Positions 28,999 to 39,077 of a stretch of DNA of 64,000 bases are shown in pieces (the stretch's first letter is position 1; each line of letters starts with the position of its first letter). The stretch is from an uncultured Rikenellaceae bacterium. Its GTDB lineage: Bacteria; Bacteroidota; Bacteroidia; Bacteroidales; VadinHA17. Below the pieces are notes generated by a model. That model was not told where the DNA came from. It saw only the letters and a program-made list of their open reading frames with translations, and searched no databases. The stretch spans positions 6,659 through 70,658 of the forward strand of contig CAYUOS010000001.1 in the NCBI GenBank assembly GCA_964446435.1, in the 5' to 3' direction. A program made the translations under genes and the position numbers.

Positions 28999-30252
28999 AT
29001 GTTATACTACCTTTTTCAATATCTCGACCGAATGACCGACCTGCCGGGAACAGGGCTCTTCAACTATATCTCATTCAGGGCGGCTATGGCTGTGATAACC
29101 TCACTTCTGATATCGATGATAATCGGTAAGAAGATTATCAGGTATCTGCAGTACAAACAGATAGGAGAGGTGGTAAGGGATCTGGGTCTCGAGGGGCAGT
29201 ACAGGAAGGAGGGAACTCCCTCTATGGGCGGAATCATTATTCTTATTTCGATAGTGGTACCTGTGCTTTTGTTTGCGAGACTCAACAACGTATACATAAT
29301 CCTGATGCTGGTTACCACCATCTGGCTGGGGCTTGTGGGATTTGTTGACGACTACATCAAGATATTCAGGAAGAACAAGGATGGTCTGGCCGGACGCTAC
29401 AAGATCTTTGCCCAGATTGTTATGGGGCTGGTTGTAGGGGTGACTCTTTTCTTCAGCGACCAGGCGGTTGTCAGGGAGATTGTGCCCGGGTCGACTACAG
29501 GTGAGGTGGTTGCCACTGAGCAGCAGGCGTACGACTTTGAGGATACAAGGTATGAGTACCGGAATCTTAAAACGACAAAAACAACAATTCCCTTTGTGAA
29601 GAACAATGAGTTTGACTACGCCTGGCTGGTACCCTTTGCAAAGGAGGAGAGCAGACAGCTGTGGGGATGGATAGTGTTCGTGGTGATGGTAATCGTGGTG
29701 GTCTCGGCGGTGTCGAACGGGGCCAACCTTACCGATGGTCTTGACGGCCTTGCCACCGGGACATCGGCAATAATAGGTGTCACACTCGGTGTCTTCGCCT
29801 ATGTATCGGGCAACATAATCTATTCAGGGTACCTCGACATAATGTATATACCATACAGCGGCGAGCTTGTGATTTTTGCAGCCGCATTCATCGGGGCTGC
29901 AATCGGCTTCCTGTGGTACAACAGCTATCCGGCCCAGGTATTCATGGGTGATACCGGAAGCCTGGCAATCGGTGGAATTATAGCCGTAATGGCGATCATA
30001 CTGCGAAAGGAGTTGCTGATACCAGTATTGTGCGGTGTCTTCTTCGCCGAGAGTCTTTCGGTAATGATTCAGGTAGCCTGGTTCAAGAGAACAAAAAGAA
30101 AATACGGTGAGGGGAGGAGGGTTTTCCTTATGGCGCCTCTTCATCATCACTTCCAGAAGATGGGGCTTCCTGAGTCGAAGATAGTGGTGAGGTTCTGGAT
30201 TGTGGCAATAATGCTGGCAGTTCTGAGTGTGGTAACGCTGAAAGTAAGATAG
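28999..30252 (+). CDS. mraY: Phospho-N-acetylmuramoyl-pentapeptide transferase
   Basis: [10 protein letters not shown] and [12 protein letters not shown] motifs. The ATG at 28999 (MLYYLFQYL) is preferred over the upstream start at 28969, which overlaps murE. Confidence 0.93.
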   Translation: MLYYLFQYLDRMTDLPGTGLFNYISFRAAMAVITSLLISMIIGKKIIRYLQYKQIGEVVRDLGLEGQYRKEGTPSMGGIIILISIVVPVLLFARLNNVYIILMLVTTIWLGLVGFVDDYIKIFRKNKDGLAGRYKIFAQIVMGLVVGVTLFFSDQAVVREIVPGSTTGEVVATEQQAYDFEDTRYEYRNLKTTKTTIPFVKNNEFDYAWLVPFAKEESRQLWGWIVFVVMVIVVVSAVSNGANLTDGLDGLATGTSAIIGVTLGVFAYVSGNIIYSGYLDIMYIPYSGELVIFAAAFIGAAIGFLWYNSYPAQVFMGDTGSLAIGGIIAVMAIILRKELLIPVLCGVFFAESLSVMIQVAWFKRTKRKYGEGRRVFLMAPLHHHFQKMGLPESKIVVRFWIVAIMLAVLSVVTLKVR

Positions 30253-30273
30253 AAACAACGACGCTGAGATAGA

Positions 30274-31611
30274 ATGAAGAGACTGATTGTCATACTCGGA
30301 GCAGGAGAGAGTGGAACCGGAAGCGCAGTGCTTGCAAAGTCCAGGGGGTTTGACGTATTCGTATCAGACAGCGGTTCCATCAGGGAGAAGTACCTCGCCA
30401 TGCTCGTCTCGAAGGGGATAGAATATGAGGAGGGGCGGCATACTGAGGAGAGGATACTTCAGGCCTTCGAGGTGATAAAGAGTCCCGGGATACCTGAAAA
30501 TGCCCCAATCGTAATGGCAATCACCAGGAAGGGTATACCGGTGATATCGGAGATTGAGTTTGCGGGCAGGTATACCGATGCAATGAAGATATGCATCACC
30601 GGGAGTAATGGAAAGACCACCACCACCAGCCTGATATATCATATTCTGAAAAAGGCAGGGTTAAAGGTGGCGATGACAGGAAATGTGGGTAACAGTTTTG
30701 CCCTGGCAGTAAGTGAGGGTGGGTATGATTATTATGTAATCGAGCTGAGCAGCTTCCAGCTTGACAATATGTACAACTTCAGGGCAGATATCGGAGTACT
30801 GTTGAATATCACACCCGATCATCTTGACCGCTATGGATATGAGATGAAAAATTATGTCGCTTCAAAGTTCAGAATAATCAATAACCAGGGTCGCGGGCAA
30901 TATTTTATCTATTGTGCCGACGATCAGGTTATTGCAAAAGAGCTCGCTTCAATCAGCATCGAGGCAGTGAAGTTGCCATTCTCACTTGAACTGAGTGAAG
31001 GGATGGCAGGCTATATCGAGAATGAGGAACTGGTAACAGATTATAACGAAAAAATCAGGCTTATGACCATGCATGACCTGGCCCTTAAGGGCCGGCACAA
31101 CACCTACAATTCGCTGGCCGCTGCCATTGTGGCCAATGTGCTGAACATCAGAAAGGAGACTATCAGGGAAAGCCTCTCTGATTTTCAGGGAGTGGAACAC
31201 CGCCTTGAGCCTGTGCTTACGGTATGTGGTATCAACTTCGTGAACGACTCAAAAGCCACCAACGTCAACTCGACATGGTATGCCCTCGAGTGCATGCCTA
31301 CAGGTATCGTCTGGATAGCCGGAGGCATAGACAAGGGCAATGACTATTCTGAGCTGATGCAGCTCGTCAGGAGGAAGGTGAAGGCGATAGTATGCCTTGG
31401 AAAGGACAACAGAAAGATCATGAGTTCCTTCAGCGAGGTTGGCACCACCATTGTCGAGACAGGCTCAATGGAAGAGGCAGTCAGATCGGCCTATTACCTT
31501 GCAGGCAAGGGTGATACAGTGCTGCTTTCACCTGCCTGTGCAAGTTTTGACCTCTTCGACAACTACGAAGACAGGGGAAGGCAATTCAAGCAGGCGGTGA
31601 GAAATCTTTAA
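30274..31611 (+). CDS. murD: UDP-N-acetylmuramoylalanine--D-glutamate ligase
   Basis: N-terminal GAGESGTGSA Rossmann motif and the P-loop ITGSNGKTTT. Confidence 0.93.
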   Translation: MKRLIVILGAGESGTGSAVLAKSRGFDVFVSDSGSIREKYLAMLVSKGIEYEEGRHTEERILQAFEVIKSPGIPENAPIVMAITRKGIPVISEIEFAGRYTDAMKICITGSNGKTTTTSLIYHILKKAGLKVAMTGNVGNSFALAVSEGGYDYYVIELSSFQLDNMYNFRADIGVLLNITPDHLDRYGYEMKNYVASKFRIINNQGRGQYFIYCADDQVIAKELASISIEAVKLPFSLELSEGMAGYIENEELVTDYNEKIRLMTMHDLALKGRHNTYNSLAAAIVANVLNIRKETIRESLSDFQGVEHRLEPVLTVCGINFVNDSKATNVNSTWYALECMPTGIVWIAGGIDKGNDYSELMQLVRRKVKAIVCLGKDNRKIMSSFSEVGTTIVETGSMEEAVRSAYYLAGKGDTVLLSPACASFDLFDNYEDRGRQFKQAVRNL

Positions 31612-31622
31612 TCGATTAACTG

Positions 31623-32834
31623 ATGGGAGCATCAAAGCTGGTTAACATTTTCAGGGGCGATCGTGGTATCTGGGCCATGGTTGTACTCTTCATGTTTTAC
31701 AGCCTGCTGGCGGTATACAGCTCATCAGTAAGTGTTGCCTTCACCAGCTTCGGAGGCAATACCACCTATTTCCTCAGGAGTCAGTTCTTCATGCTTCTGT
31801 TTGGTCTTATCATTATCATAATTACGAGTCACCTGAACTACAAGATATACTCCACCCTTGCCAACATTATTCTGGTTGTGGCGATAGCACTGCTGGTGCT
31901 GACACTCTTTTTCGGGGTGCGCATCAACGAAGCAACGCGGTGGATTGAGATTCCCGGTACCGGATTCAGGTTGCAGACCTCTGATCTCGCCAAGGCAGCA
32001 CTGGTCATCTACCTTTCGAGGGTTCTTGCCAAATACCAGAACGAGCTCAACGACTTCGGCCTGGTAACCAGGATATTCATCGTGCCCATCGCCATAGTCT
32101 GCGCCCTGATAATGTCAGAGAACCTCTCTACCGCCGTAATGATATTTGGTATTTGCATGATTATCATGTTCATTGGTCGTGTGCCTGTAAAGTTCCTTCT
32201 GGCTTATACGGGAATGGCTCTGGTCGGTGTGATTCTTTTTGCACTTGTACTTACGGTTGTTTCAAAAGATAACAGGGTGGAGGTCTGGAAGAACAGGATC
32301 GAGGCATTTGTGAGCGACGAGTCGTCACAGAGTGATAATTACCAGCTCAACCAGGCTAAGATCGCCATTTCGACAGGCGGGCTATTTGGCAAGATGCCCG
32401 GCAAGAGTGTGCAAAGGAATATGCTGCCTCAGTCGAACTCAGACTTCATATTTGCCATAATCGTCGAGGAGTACGGTCTGCTTTTCGGGGCAATACCTCT
32501 CATTATGGCCTACCTTATCCTTCTATACCGCGGCATCGCAATTGCCCGACGGTGCGAAACGGCTTTCCCCGCATTTCTTGTTCTCGGCCTGGTGATGATG
32601 ATAGTCATTCAGGCAATACTGAACATGATGGTGGCTGTCGGGCTTTTCCCCGTTACCGGCCAGACGCTGCCTCTCGTCAGCTGGGGGCGCACCTCGGTTA
32701 TGGTAATGAGTTTCTCAATAGGTGCCATCCTCGGTGTGAGTCGTGTTGTAAATGCCAGAATGAAGCAGGAGGAGCTGCCTGATGAAGAGAAATCTGATAA
32801 TGAATCGAGAATTTATGAACCGTCAAGGGGTTAA
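31623..32834 (+). CDS. ftsW: SEDS-family peptidoglycan glycosyltransferase FtsW
   Basis: Polytopic membrane protein with SNSDFIFAIIVEEYG and PVTGQTLPLVSWG motifs. Confidence 0.9.
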   Translation: MGASKLVNIFRGDRGIWAMVVLFMFYSLLAVYSSSVSVAFTSFGGNTTYFLRSQFFMLLFGLIIIIITSHLNYKIYSTLANIILVVAIALLVLTLFFGVRINEATRWIEIPGTGFRLQTSDLAKAALVIYLSRVLAKYQNELNDFGLVTRIFIVPIAIVCALIMSENLSTAVMIFGICMIIMFIGRVPVKFLLAYTGMALVGVILFALVLTVVSKDNRVEVWKNRIEAFVSDESSQSDNYQLNQAKIAISTGGLFGKMPGKSVQRNMLPQSNSDFIFAIIVEEYGLLFGAIPLIMAYLILLYRGIAIARRCETAFPAFLVLGLVMMIVIQAILNMMVAVGLFPVTGQTLPLVSWGRTSVMVMSFSIGAILGVSRVVNARMKQEELPDEEKSDNESRIYEPSRG

Positions 32835-33930
32835 ACATATAATTATAAGCGGTGGGGGAACCGGGGGGCACATCTTCCCGGCACTCTCCATCGCAAATGC
32901 TCTACTGGCAATCGACGGGAGGGTTGAAATATTATTTGTCGGTGCATCGGGCAGAATGGAGATGGAACTGGTTCCCTCTGCCGGATACCGTATAATAGGT
33001 TTGCCTGTTGAGGGTCTTGACAGAAGAAGGCTCTGGAAGAATTTCGGGGTTCTGGTCAGGGTGCTGAAGAGCCTGTCTATGGCGCGCAAGGTAATTGAAG
33101 AGTTCCGACCCGACGTTGTGGTAGGGGTTGGGGGCTATGCCAGCGGGCCTCTTCTCTGGGCAGCCGGTCAGCTCACGATACCCATACTGATACAGGAGCA
33201 GAACAGCTATGCAGGCATTACCAACCGTATCATGGCAAAAAAGGCGTCAGCGATATGTGTTGCTTACAAGGGAATGGAGAAATACTTTCCGGCCGGAAAG
33301 ATACTACTCACAGGCAATCCGGTGCGAAGCACCTTTGCTGACCTTGAAAGGCTTAGGCCGGAAGCCAGAAGATATTTCAATGTTGACGGGAACAAGCCCG
33401 TTGCTTTGGTACTTGGCGGTTCGCAGGGTGCAGGAGCCATAAACAGTGCCCTTACTGAAGCGACAGAGAGTTTCAGGAGAAGCGGGGTTGAGTGGGTATG
33501 GCAGACCGGCAGAAACTACTTTGAAAGAGTCAATACATGTGTAATCTCCTCAGGAGCAGGCAATGTAAGGGTAAGAAGTTTCATTGATCGCATGGACCTT
33601 GCTTATGCCGCGGCCGACATTATTGTGTCACGATCGGGTGCCGGAACTATATCGGAACTCTGCCTCGTGGGAAAGCCTGTTATTCTGATACCCTCACCAA
33701 ATGTTGCTGAGGATCATCAGACAAAGAATGCAATGGCACTTGTTGAGGAGGGAGCAGCCATGCTGCTAAAGGATAGTGAGGTGAAGCAGGGCCTTGTCAC
33801 TATGGTCTCTGACCTTTCGTCCGATGCGGTTCGCATGCAAACGCTTTCAGCGAATATCAGCAGGCTGGCCCTTCCGGGTTCGGCGGCCATGATTGCAAAT
33901 GAGGTACTTAAACTTGCGGAAAAGAGATGA
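32782..33930 (+). CDS. murG: UDP-N-acetylglucosamine--N-acetylmuramyl-(pentapeptide) pyrophosphoryl-undecaprenol GlcNAc transferase
   Basis: SGGGTGGHIFPALS motif. The start is ambiguous (ATGs at 32782, 32800 and 32815), and all candidates overlap the ftsW end. Confidence 0.92.
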   Translation: MKRNLIMNREFMNRQGVKHIIISGGGTGGHIFPALSIANALLAIDGRVEILFVGASGRMEMELVPSAGYRIIGLPVEGLDRRRLWKNFGVLVRVLKSLSMARKVIEEFRPDVVVGVGGYASGPLLWAAGQLTIPILIQEQNSYAGITNRIMAKKASAICVAYKGMEKYFPAGKILLTGNPVRSTFADLERLRPEARRYFNVDGNKPVALVLGGSQGAGAINSALTEATESFRRSGVEWVWQTGRNYFERVNTCVISSGAGNVRVRSFIDRMDLAYAAADIIVSRSGAGTISELCLVGKPVILIPSPNVAEDHQTKNAMALVEEGAAMLLKDSEVKQGLVTMVSDLSSDAVRMQTLSANISRLALPGSAAMIANEVLKLAEKR

Positions 33931-35318
33931 TAAACGGCAGCAAAACAGCAAGGTTCTATTTTGCAGGTATCGGGGGTATCGGTATGAGCGCCCTGGCCAG
34001 GTATTTCCTTGCAGGCGGGTTCGAGGTTGCCGGGTATGACCGTACCGGCAGTGACCTTACCGATGAACTCGGGCGGGAGGGTTGCCTTATCTCTTTTATC
34101 GACGACCCCGGTTCCATTCCTGAGAAATACCGGAACACCGACCTGCGCGAAGAGGTAATAGTGATATATACTCCTGCGATTCCGGCATCAAGCAGGATAC
34201 TGTCATGGTTCAGGCTTAACGGATATGCCATGCACAAGAGGTCGGAGATACTTGGCTCAATCTCACGCAAGACAGATACCCTTGCTGTAGCGGGTACTCA
34301 TGGCAAGACCACGGTATCTACAATACTGGCACATATCCTCAAGCTTTCTCATGTCGATTGTACCGCCTTCCTTGGTGGCATATCGAAGAACTACAATACC
34401 AACATGCTTACCGGAGAGAGTCGCTATACCGTGATGGAGGCCGATGAGTTCGACCGCTCTTTCCTGAGGCTCAGGCCGCTGATGGCTGTTGTAACAAGTA
34501 CTGATGCCGACCATCTTGACATCTACGGCGACCTTGCAACCATGATAGAGGGATACAATGAGTTCTGCGGACTCGTCAGGCCGGGAGGCTTTATGGTGGT
34601 AAACAAGAATGTCGAACCTGTTTTAAGAAAGCAGCCGGATGTTGGTTACCTAACCTATGGCCTTGATGAGGTGGCTGATTATTGTGCACTGAATGTTGCT
34701 GCAGACGAGCACTTCTACAGGTTTGACCTTAAGACGCCATCGGGAATTTTCAGGGATATGCACTTCTCATTTCCGGGCATAATCAATGTTGAGAATGCTG
34801 TTGCCGCCTGCGCTGTTGCCCTGCTTAGCGGAGTGATGATAGAGGAGATCAGGAAGGCCCTGGTATGCTTCAGGGGCGTAAAGAGAAGATTCGATATAAG
34901 AATCAATCTCCCCGGGTTTGTCTATATAGATGATTATGCCCATCACCCCGTTGAGATCAGGGCATTCATAAATTCAATCAGGACCCAATACCCCGGCAGA
35001 AGGATCACCGGTGTGTTTCAGCCACATCTTTTCAGCAGGACGCGCGACCATGCAGGTTCCTTTGCCCGGGTTCTCGACCTGCTTGAGAATGTTATCCTGA
35101 TGCCCATTTACCCGGCCCGTGAAGAGCCGATTCCGGGGGTTGATTCAGAGATGATATTGAAGGAGATGAAGAACAAAAACGTCAGGCTGCTACCTGCCGA
35201 CCAGGTGGTTGATGCTGTACCATACGACAAGACTGATATTCTTGTAACAATCGGAGCCGGAAGTATCGACAGGCTTGTCCGGCCCCTGGAAGAGAGAATT
35301 TTAAGAATCAGTGGATAG
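33927..35318 (+). CDS. murC: UDP-N-acetylmuramate--L-alanine ligase
   Basis: FAGIGGIGMSALA and the P-loop AVAGTHGKTT. Confidence 0.93.
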   Translation: MINGSKTARFYFAGIGGIGMSALARYFLAGGFEVAGYDRTGSDLTDELGREGCLISFIDDPGSIPEKYRNTDLREEVIVIYTPAIPASSRILSWFRLNGYAMHKRSEILGSISRKTDTLAVAGTHGKTTVSTILAHILKLSHVDCTAFLGGISKNYNTNMLTGESRYTVMEADEFDRSFLRLRPLMAVVTSTDADHLDIYGDLATMIEGYNEFCGLVRPGGFMVVNKNVEPVLRKQPDVGYLTYGLDEVADYCALNVAADEHFYRFDLKTPSGIFRDMHFSFPGIINVENAVAACAVALLSGVMIEEIRKALVCFRGVKRRFDIRINLPGFVYIDDYAHHPVEIRAFINSIRTQYPGRRITGVFQPHLFSRTRDHAGSFARVLDLLENVILMPIYPAREEPIPGVDSEMILKEMKNKNVRLLPADQVVDAVPYDKTDILVTIGAGSIDRLVRPLEERILRISG

Positions 35319-36106
35319 TGAAACGGATACTTAAAATATTGCTGCTGATACCGATACTCTATATCGTGGTAATGCCTTTCTGGTTCAGGCATACCTCAGG
35401 CAGTGTTGCATGCGGTGGTTTGAACATAATAATTACTGATTCGAGTGAGTACAGGTTTGTCAGTGAGCAGCAGATAAGGGAAAGGCTCTACAGCAGCCCC
35501 CTGAAGTTCGCCGGCATACCGATGTCCGATATCAGGCTTGATGAGATTGAGAGCCGTGTAGCCTCAATCAACGAGTTGCGAAGAACAGAAGCCTATTTTA
35601 CAATCGACGGCACCCTTCACATTGAGGTAGGCCAGAGGAAGCCTGTGTTGCGGATACTATCGGCAACAGGTTCGGAATATTACATTGATGAAGAGGGGTT
35701 TATACTCAGGAAAAGGGGCCTCTATCCACCAAGGATTCATGTTGCAATGGGAAGGATCGACATACGTGAAGGCTATATCTCAGGTTCGCGGATTGGTGAT
35801 CAGGGAATACCTTCAGTATTGCAGGATCTTTATGAGCTGGTGATCTGGCTCAGGAAGAGTCAGCTATGGTCTGCGATGATTGACCATATTGAGGTTTCAG
35901 GCGGCGGAGCCATTACTCTGATTCCGCGGACAGGGGGCCACAGGATATTTCTTGGAGACATCAGCAACCTTGAGACTAAGATGAACACCCTGGAGGCATT
36001 CTACCGCCAGGTGCTTCCTGTTACCGGCTGGGACACATACAGTGCAATTGACCTCAGATATGAGGGACAATTAATAGCAAAAAAGAGAAAACAGAACCTA
36101 CGATAA
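35318..36106 (+). CDS. ftsQ: Cell division protein FtsQ
   Basis: 262 aa with an N-terminal TM and a POTRA-like region. The GTG start overlaps the murC stop by 1 nt. It holds the conserved slot before ftsA. Confidence 0.8.
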   Translation: MKRILKILLLIPILYIVVMPFWFRHTSGSVACGGLNIIITDSSEYRFVSEQQIRERLYSSPLKFAGIPMSDIRLDEIESRVASINELRRTEAYFTIDGTLHIEVGQRKPVLRILSATGSEYYIDEEGFILRKRGLYPPRIHVAMGRIDIREGYISGSRIGDQGIPSVLQDLYELVIWLRKSQLWSAMIDHIEVSGGGAITLIPRTGGHRIFLGDISNLETKMNTLEAFYRQVLPVTGWDTYSAIDLRYEGQLIAKKRKQNLR

Positions 36107-36117
36107 ATTTTTCAAAC

Positions 36118-37464
36118 ATGAGCAGTAAAGAAAACTATGTAGCAGCAATCGACATTGGCACCACCAAGATAGTGGCAATAGTCGGCAAAAGGAACGACCG
36201 GGGGAACATTGAGATCCTTGGTCTCAGCAAGGCGCCCTCTCTCGGTGTAAGAAGGGGTGTTGTGCAGAATATCGAAGAGACTGTCAACGCTATTCAGAAA
36301 ACCGTTGATGATGTTCAGAACCGGTCGGGGATCAGGTTCAGTGAGGTATTTGTTGGTATCGCAGGCCAGCACATAAAGAGTATGCGGAGCCGTGGCTATA
36401 TCAACAGGGAAAGGCCTGATGATGAAATTACCCGCGATGATGTTTACAGGCTTGTTGAGGATATGTACAATATTCCCATCGAGATAGGCGAGGAGATAAT
36501 CCATGTACTTCCTCAGAGTTTCATTGTTGACGGCGAAACCGGAATCAATAATCCGGTCGGTATGTGCGGACGCAGGCTTGAGGCCAACTTCCATATTGTC
36601 ATAGGTCAGGTATCATCAGCCAAGAACATCGACAGGTGCATAAGGAGATGCGGACTTAAGGTAAAGGATCTGATACTGGAGCCGCTGGCCTCATCAGAGG
36701 CGGTGCTTACCGATGAGGAGAAGGAGGCAGGCGTTGTGCTGATAGACATCGGCGGAGGCACGACAGATGTGGCAATTTACCATGACAACATAATCAGGCA
36801 CACTGCAGTGATACCCTTTGGCGGTAATGTTGTTACCAACGACATCAAGGAGGGGTGTGCGATTCTTACCAAATATGCCGATGCCCTCAAGCACCAGTAT
36901 GGTTCTGCCCTTGGAGACATTGCCCCTGAAGACAAGGTGGTTTCGATACCTGGCATAGCAGGCAGGGAGCCCAAGGAGATATCATTCAAGAGCCTTGCCT
37001 ATATAATCCAGTCAAGGATGGAGGAGATACTCGATGCCGTTAACTTCGAGATACAGCTTTCGGGTTACTCTGACAAGCTTGCAGCGGGTGCCGTAATTAC
37101 CGGTGGTGGCGCGATGCTTAAGAACCTGCCTCAGCTGGTGAGGTTCAAGACGGCCATGGATGTAAGGATAGGTTACCCCAATGAGCATCTGCATGGTGAG
37201 GCCCGCAATGAGATCAACCAGCCTATGTTTGCAACCAGCGTCGGCCTCGTCATGAAGGGTTTTGAGTACCTCGACAGTCATCATGAGGCGTTTGGCGCCG
37301 ACAGGGCTGAAGAGTATGATCGCAATCAGAGCGACCCGAAGAGTGAAGAGAAGGATGACTTCTCAGGTGACGAAGGCGCCTACAACAAGAAGACTATCGT
37401 CAACAAGATCAGGGAGGCGCTCAACAGTCTTTTTGAATTGAAAGATCAGGATATAAGCCAATAG
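36118..37464 (+). CDS. ftsA: Cell division protein FtsA
   Basis: Actin-fold motifs AAIDIGTTKIVAIVG and LIDIGGGTTDVAIY. Confidence 0.95.
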   Translation: MSSKENYVAAIDIGTTKIVAIVGKRNDRGNIEILGLSKAPSLGVRRGVVQNIEETVNAIQKTVDDVQNRSGIRFSEVFVGIAGQHIKSMRSRGYINRERPDDEITRDDVYRLVEDMYNIPIEIGEEIIHVLPQSFIVDGETGINNPVGMCGRRLEANFHIVIGQVSSAKNIDRCIRRCGLKVKDLILEPLASSEAVLTDEEKEAGVVLIDIGGGTTDVAIYHDNIIRHTAVIPFGGNVVTNDIKEGCAILTKYADALKHQYGSALGDIAPEDKVVSIPGIAGREPKEISFKSLAYIIQSRMEEILDAVNFEIQLSGYSDKLAAGAVITGGGAMLKNLPQLVRFKTAMDVRIGYPNEHLHGEARNEINQPMFATSVGLVMKGFEYLDSHHEAFGADRAEEYDRNQSDPKSEEKDDFSGDEGAYNKKTIVNKIREALNSLFELKDQDISQ

Positions 37465-37468
37465 AGCC

Positions 37469-38998
37469 ATGAAAACCCCCTATGACATATTGTTTAACAA
37501 AAAGCCAAAGACAATGGAGACAGAGATAATGAGCTTCGATCTTCCGGTTGAAAGGTCGTCCATCATCAAGGTCCTCGGTATCGGTGGCGGAGGTAATAAT
37601 GCCGTCAATCATATGTTTGAGCGAGGCATTAAGGATGTGAATTTCGTGATCTGCAATACTGACCAGCAGGCACTGGCCGGTAGTCCTGTTCCGTTGAAGG
37701 TACAGCTTGGGGAGTCACTGACTGAGGGCCGGGGTGCCGGCAGCAAGCCTGACATTGGCAGACAGGCTGCGATCGAAAACCTCGATGATGTGATGAACAC
37801 CCTTTCGGGAAACACCAAGATGGTATTCCTGACAACCGGGCTGGGAGGCGGAACCGGTACCGGAGCAGCACCTGTCATAGCGAAAGCCTGTCGCGAAGCA
37901 GGTTACCTTACAATTGCTGTGGTAACAATACCCTTTAAGTCTGAAGGGAAGGTAAGGATATCTCATGCCATCAAGGGTATTGAGGAGTTAAGGGAAGATG
38001 TTGACTCACTTCTTGTGATCAATAATGAGAAGCTGCGGGACATCTATGGTGACCAGACTGTATCTGTGGCATTTGAAAAGGCCGATGACGTTCTGGCAAC
38101 TGCTGTGAAGGGAATAGCTGAGATTATTACAGTAACCGGTTATATCAACGTTGACTTTGCCGATGTTGAAACGGTTATGAAAGATTCTGGTGTGGCGGTA
38201 ATGGGAATGGGTCGGGCCTCAGGACAGGACAGGGCAAGGGTTGCTATTGAATCGGCACTTAACTCACCCCTGCTCGACTCAAGCGATATAACCGGTGCAA
38301 AGTCTATTCTGATAAATATAATCTCAGGAACCGGTGAATCGGAGATAACCATGGATGAGCTGGGAGAGATAACCGACTACATGTATGCCGTTGCTGCCGA
38401 TGATGCTTTGATAATAAGGGGTTTGTCAAAGGATCCTTCGCTGGGAGATGAGATAAGCGTGATTGTGATTGCCACTGCCTTTGAGTCGAAGAATCCGATT
38501 GACCTGTACAGGCAGCCCGCTGCTGAAAGGCAGACTGTTGTACTCAGCAATGTAAAGTATGCTGATAAACTGAATTACACTGCACCTTCTGAAGATGAGA
38601 GCTTTGCCTCCACCGGCAAGGGTAAGATCGTAACTGACATTGATGGTGACAAGGCACAGGGAAGGCTTAACTTCGGCTTTGAAGACAGGGAAGAGCAATC
38701 ACCTGCCAGGGTTAAGAGGTCAGATTCGCCCGGCGTTCAGGAAGAGGGCAGGAAAAAGCTTGACAAGATAAAGGAGATTCAGTCGATGATGCATCAGGAT
38801 GGGCTTACCAGCAAGACTATGACCGACAACATTGACAGTTTCGAGGATGTTCCGGCCTATGTCAGACGCAACATTCCGCTAACGAAACTCGAAGGTGTCA
38901 GGGGGTCGAAGGTGTCAAAGCTTACCCTGTCGACTGATGAAAATCAGCAACCGGTAATAAGAGAGAATAATGCCTATTTAAACGATAATGTCGATTGA
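37469..38998 (+). CDS. ftsZ: Cell division protein FtsZ (long C-terminal linker form)
   Basis: GIGGGGNNAVNHM and the tubulin signature GLGGGTGTGAAPV. The C-terminal tail is ...NNAYLNDNVD*. Alternative internal starts exist (Met16, Met21). Confidence 0.95.
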   Translation: MKTPYDILFNKKPKTMETEIMSFDLPVERSSIIKVLGIGGGGNNAVNHMFERGIKDVNFVICNTDQQALAGSPVPLKVQLGESLTEGRGAGSKPDIGRQAAIENLDDVMNTLSGNTKMVFLTTGLGGGTGTGAAPVIAKACREAGYLTIAVVTIPFKSEGKVRISHAIKGIEELREDVDSLLVINNEKLRDIYGDQTVSVAFEKADDVLATAVKGIAEIITVTGYINVDFADVETVMKDSGVAVMGMGRASGQDRARVAIESALNSPLLDSSDITGAKSILINIISGTGESEITMDELGEITDYMYAVAADDALIIRGLSKDPSLGDEISVIVIATAFESKNPIDLYRQPAAERQTVVLSNVKYADKLNYTAPSEDESFASTGKGKIVTDIDGDKAQGRLNFGFEDREEQSPARVKRSDSPGVQEEGRKKLDKIKEIQSMMHQDGLTSKTMTDNIDSFEDVPAYVRRNIPLTKLEGVRGSKVSKLTLSTDENQQPVIRENNAYLNDNVD

Positions 38999-39077
38999 CA
39001 TTTTTTTATTTTCTACTGCTCAACTTGGGGGGCGCGGCATTTTGCTGCGCCTCTTTTTTGGTTTATCTTTGCTCTTC

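Noticed and set aside
36112-36594. 160-aa minus-strand ORF.
   Set aside because: It lies entirely antisense within ftsA, which has clear actin-fold motifs. It has no motif support.
38988-39077. Upstream start (38988) of the porin-like ORF, overlapping the ftsZ stop.
   Set aside because: The extension precedes a perfectly good signal peptide beginning at the ATG at 39078. A 30-aa pre-signal extension is implausible.
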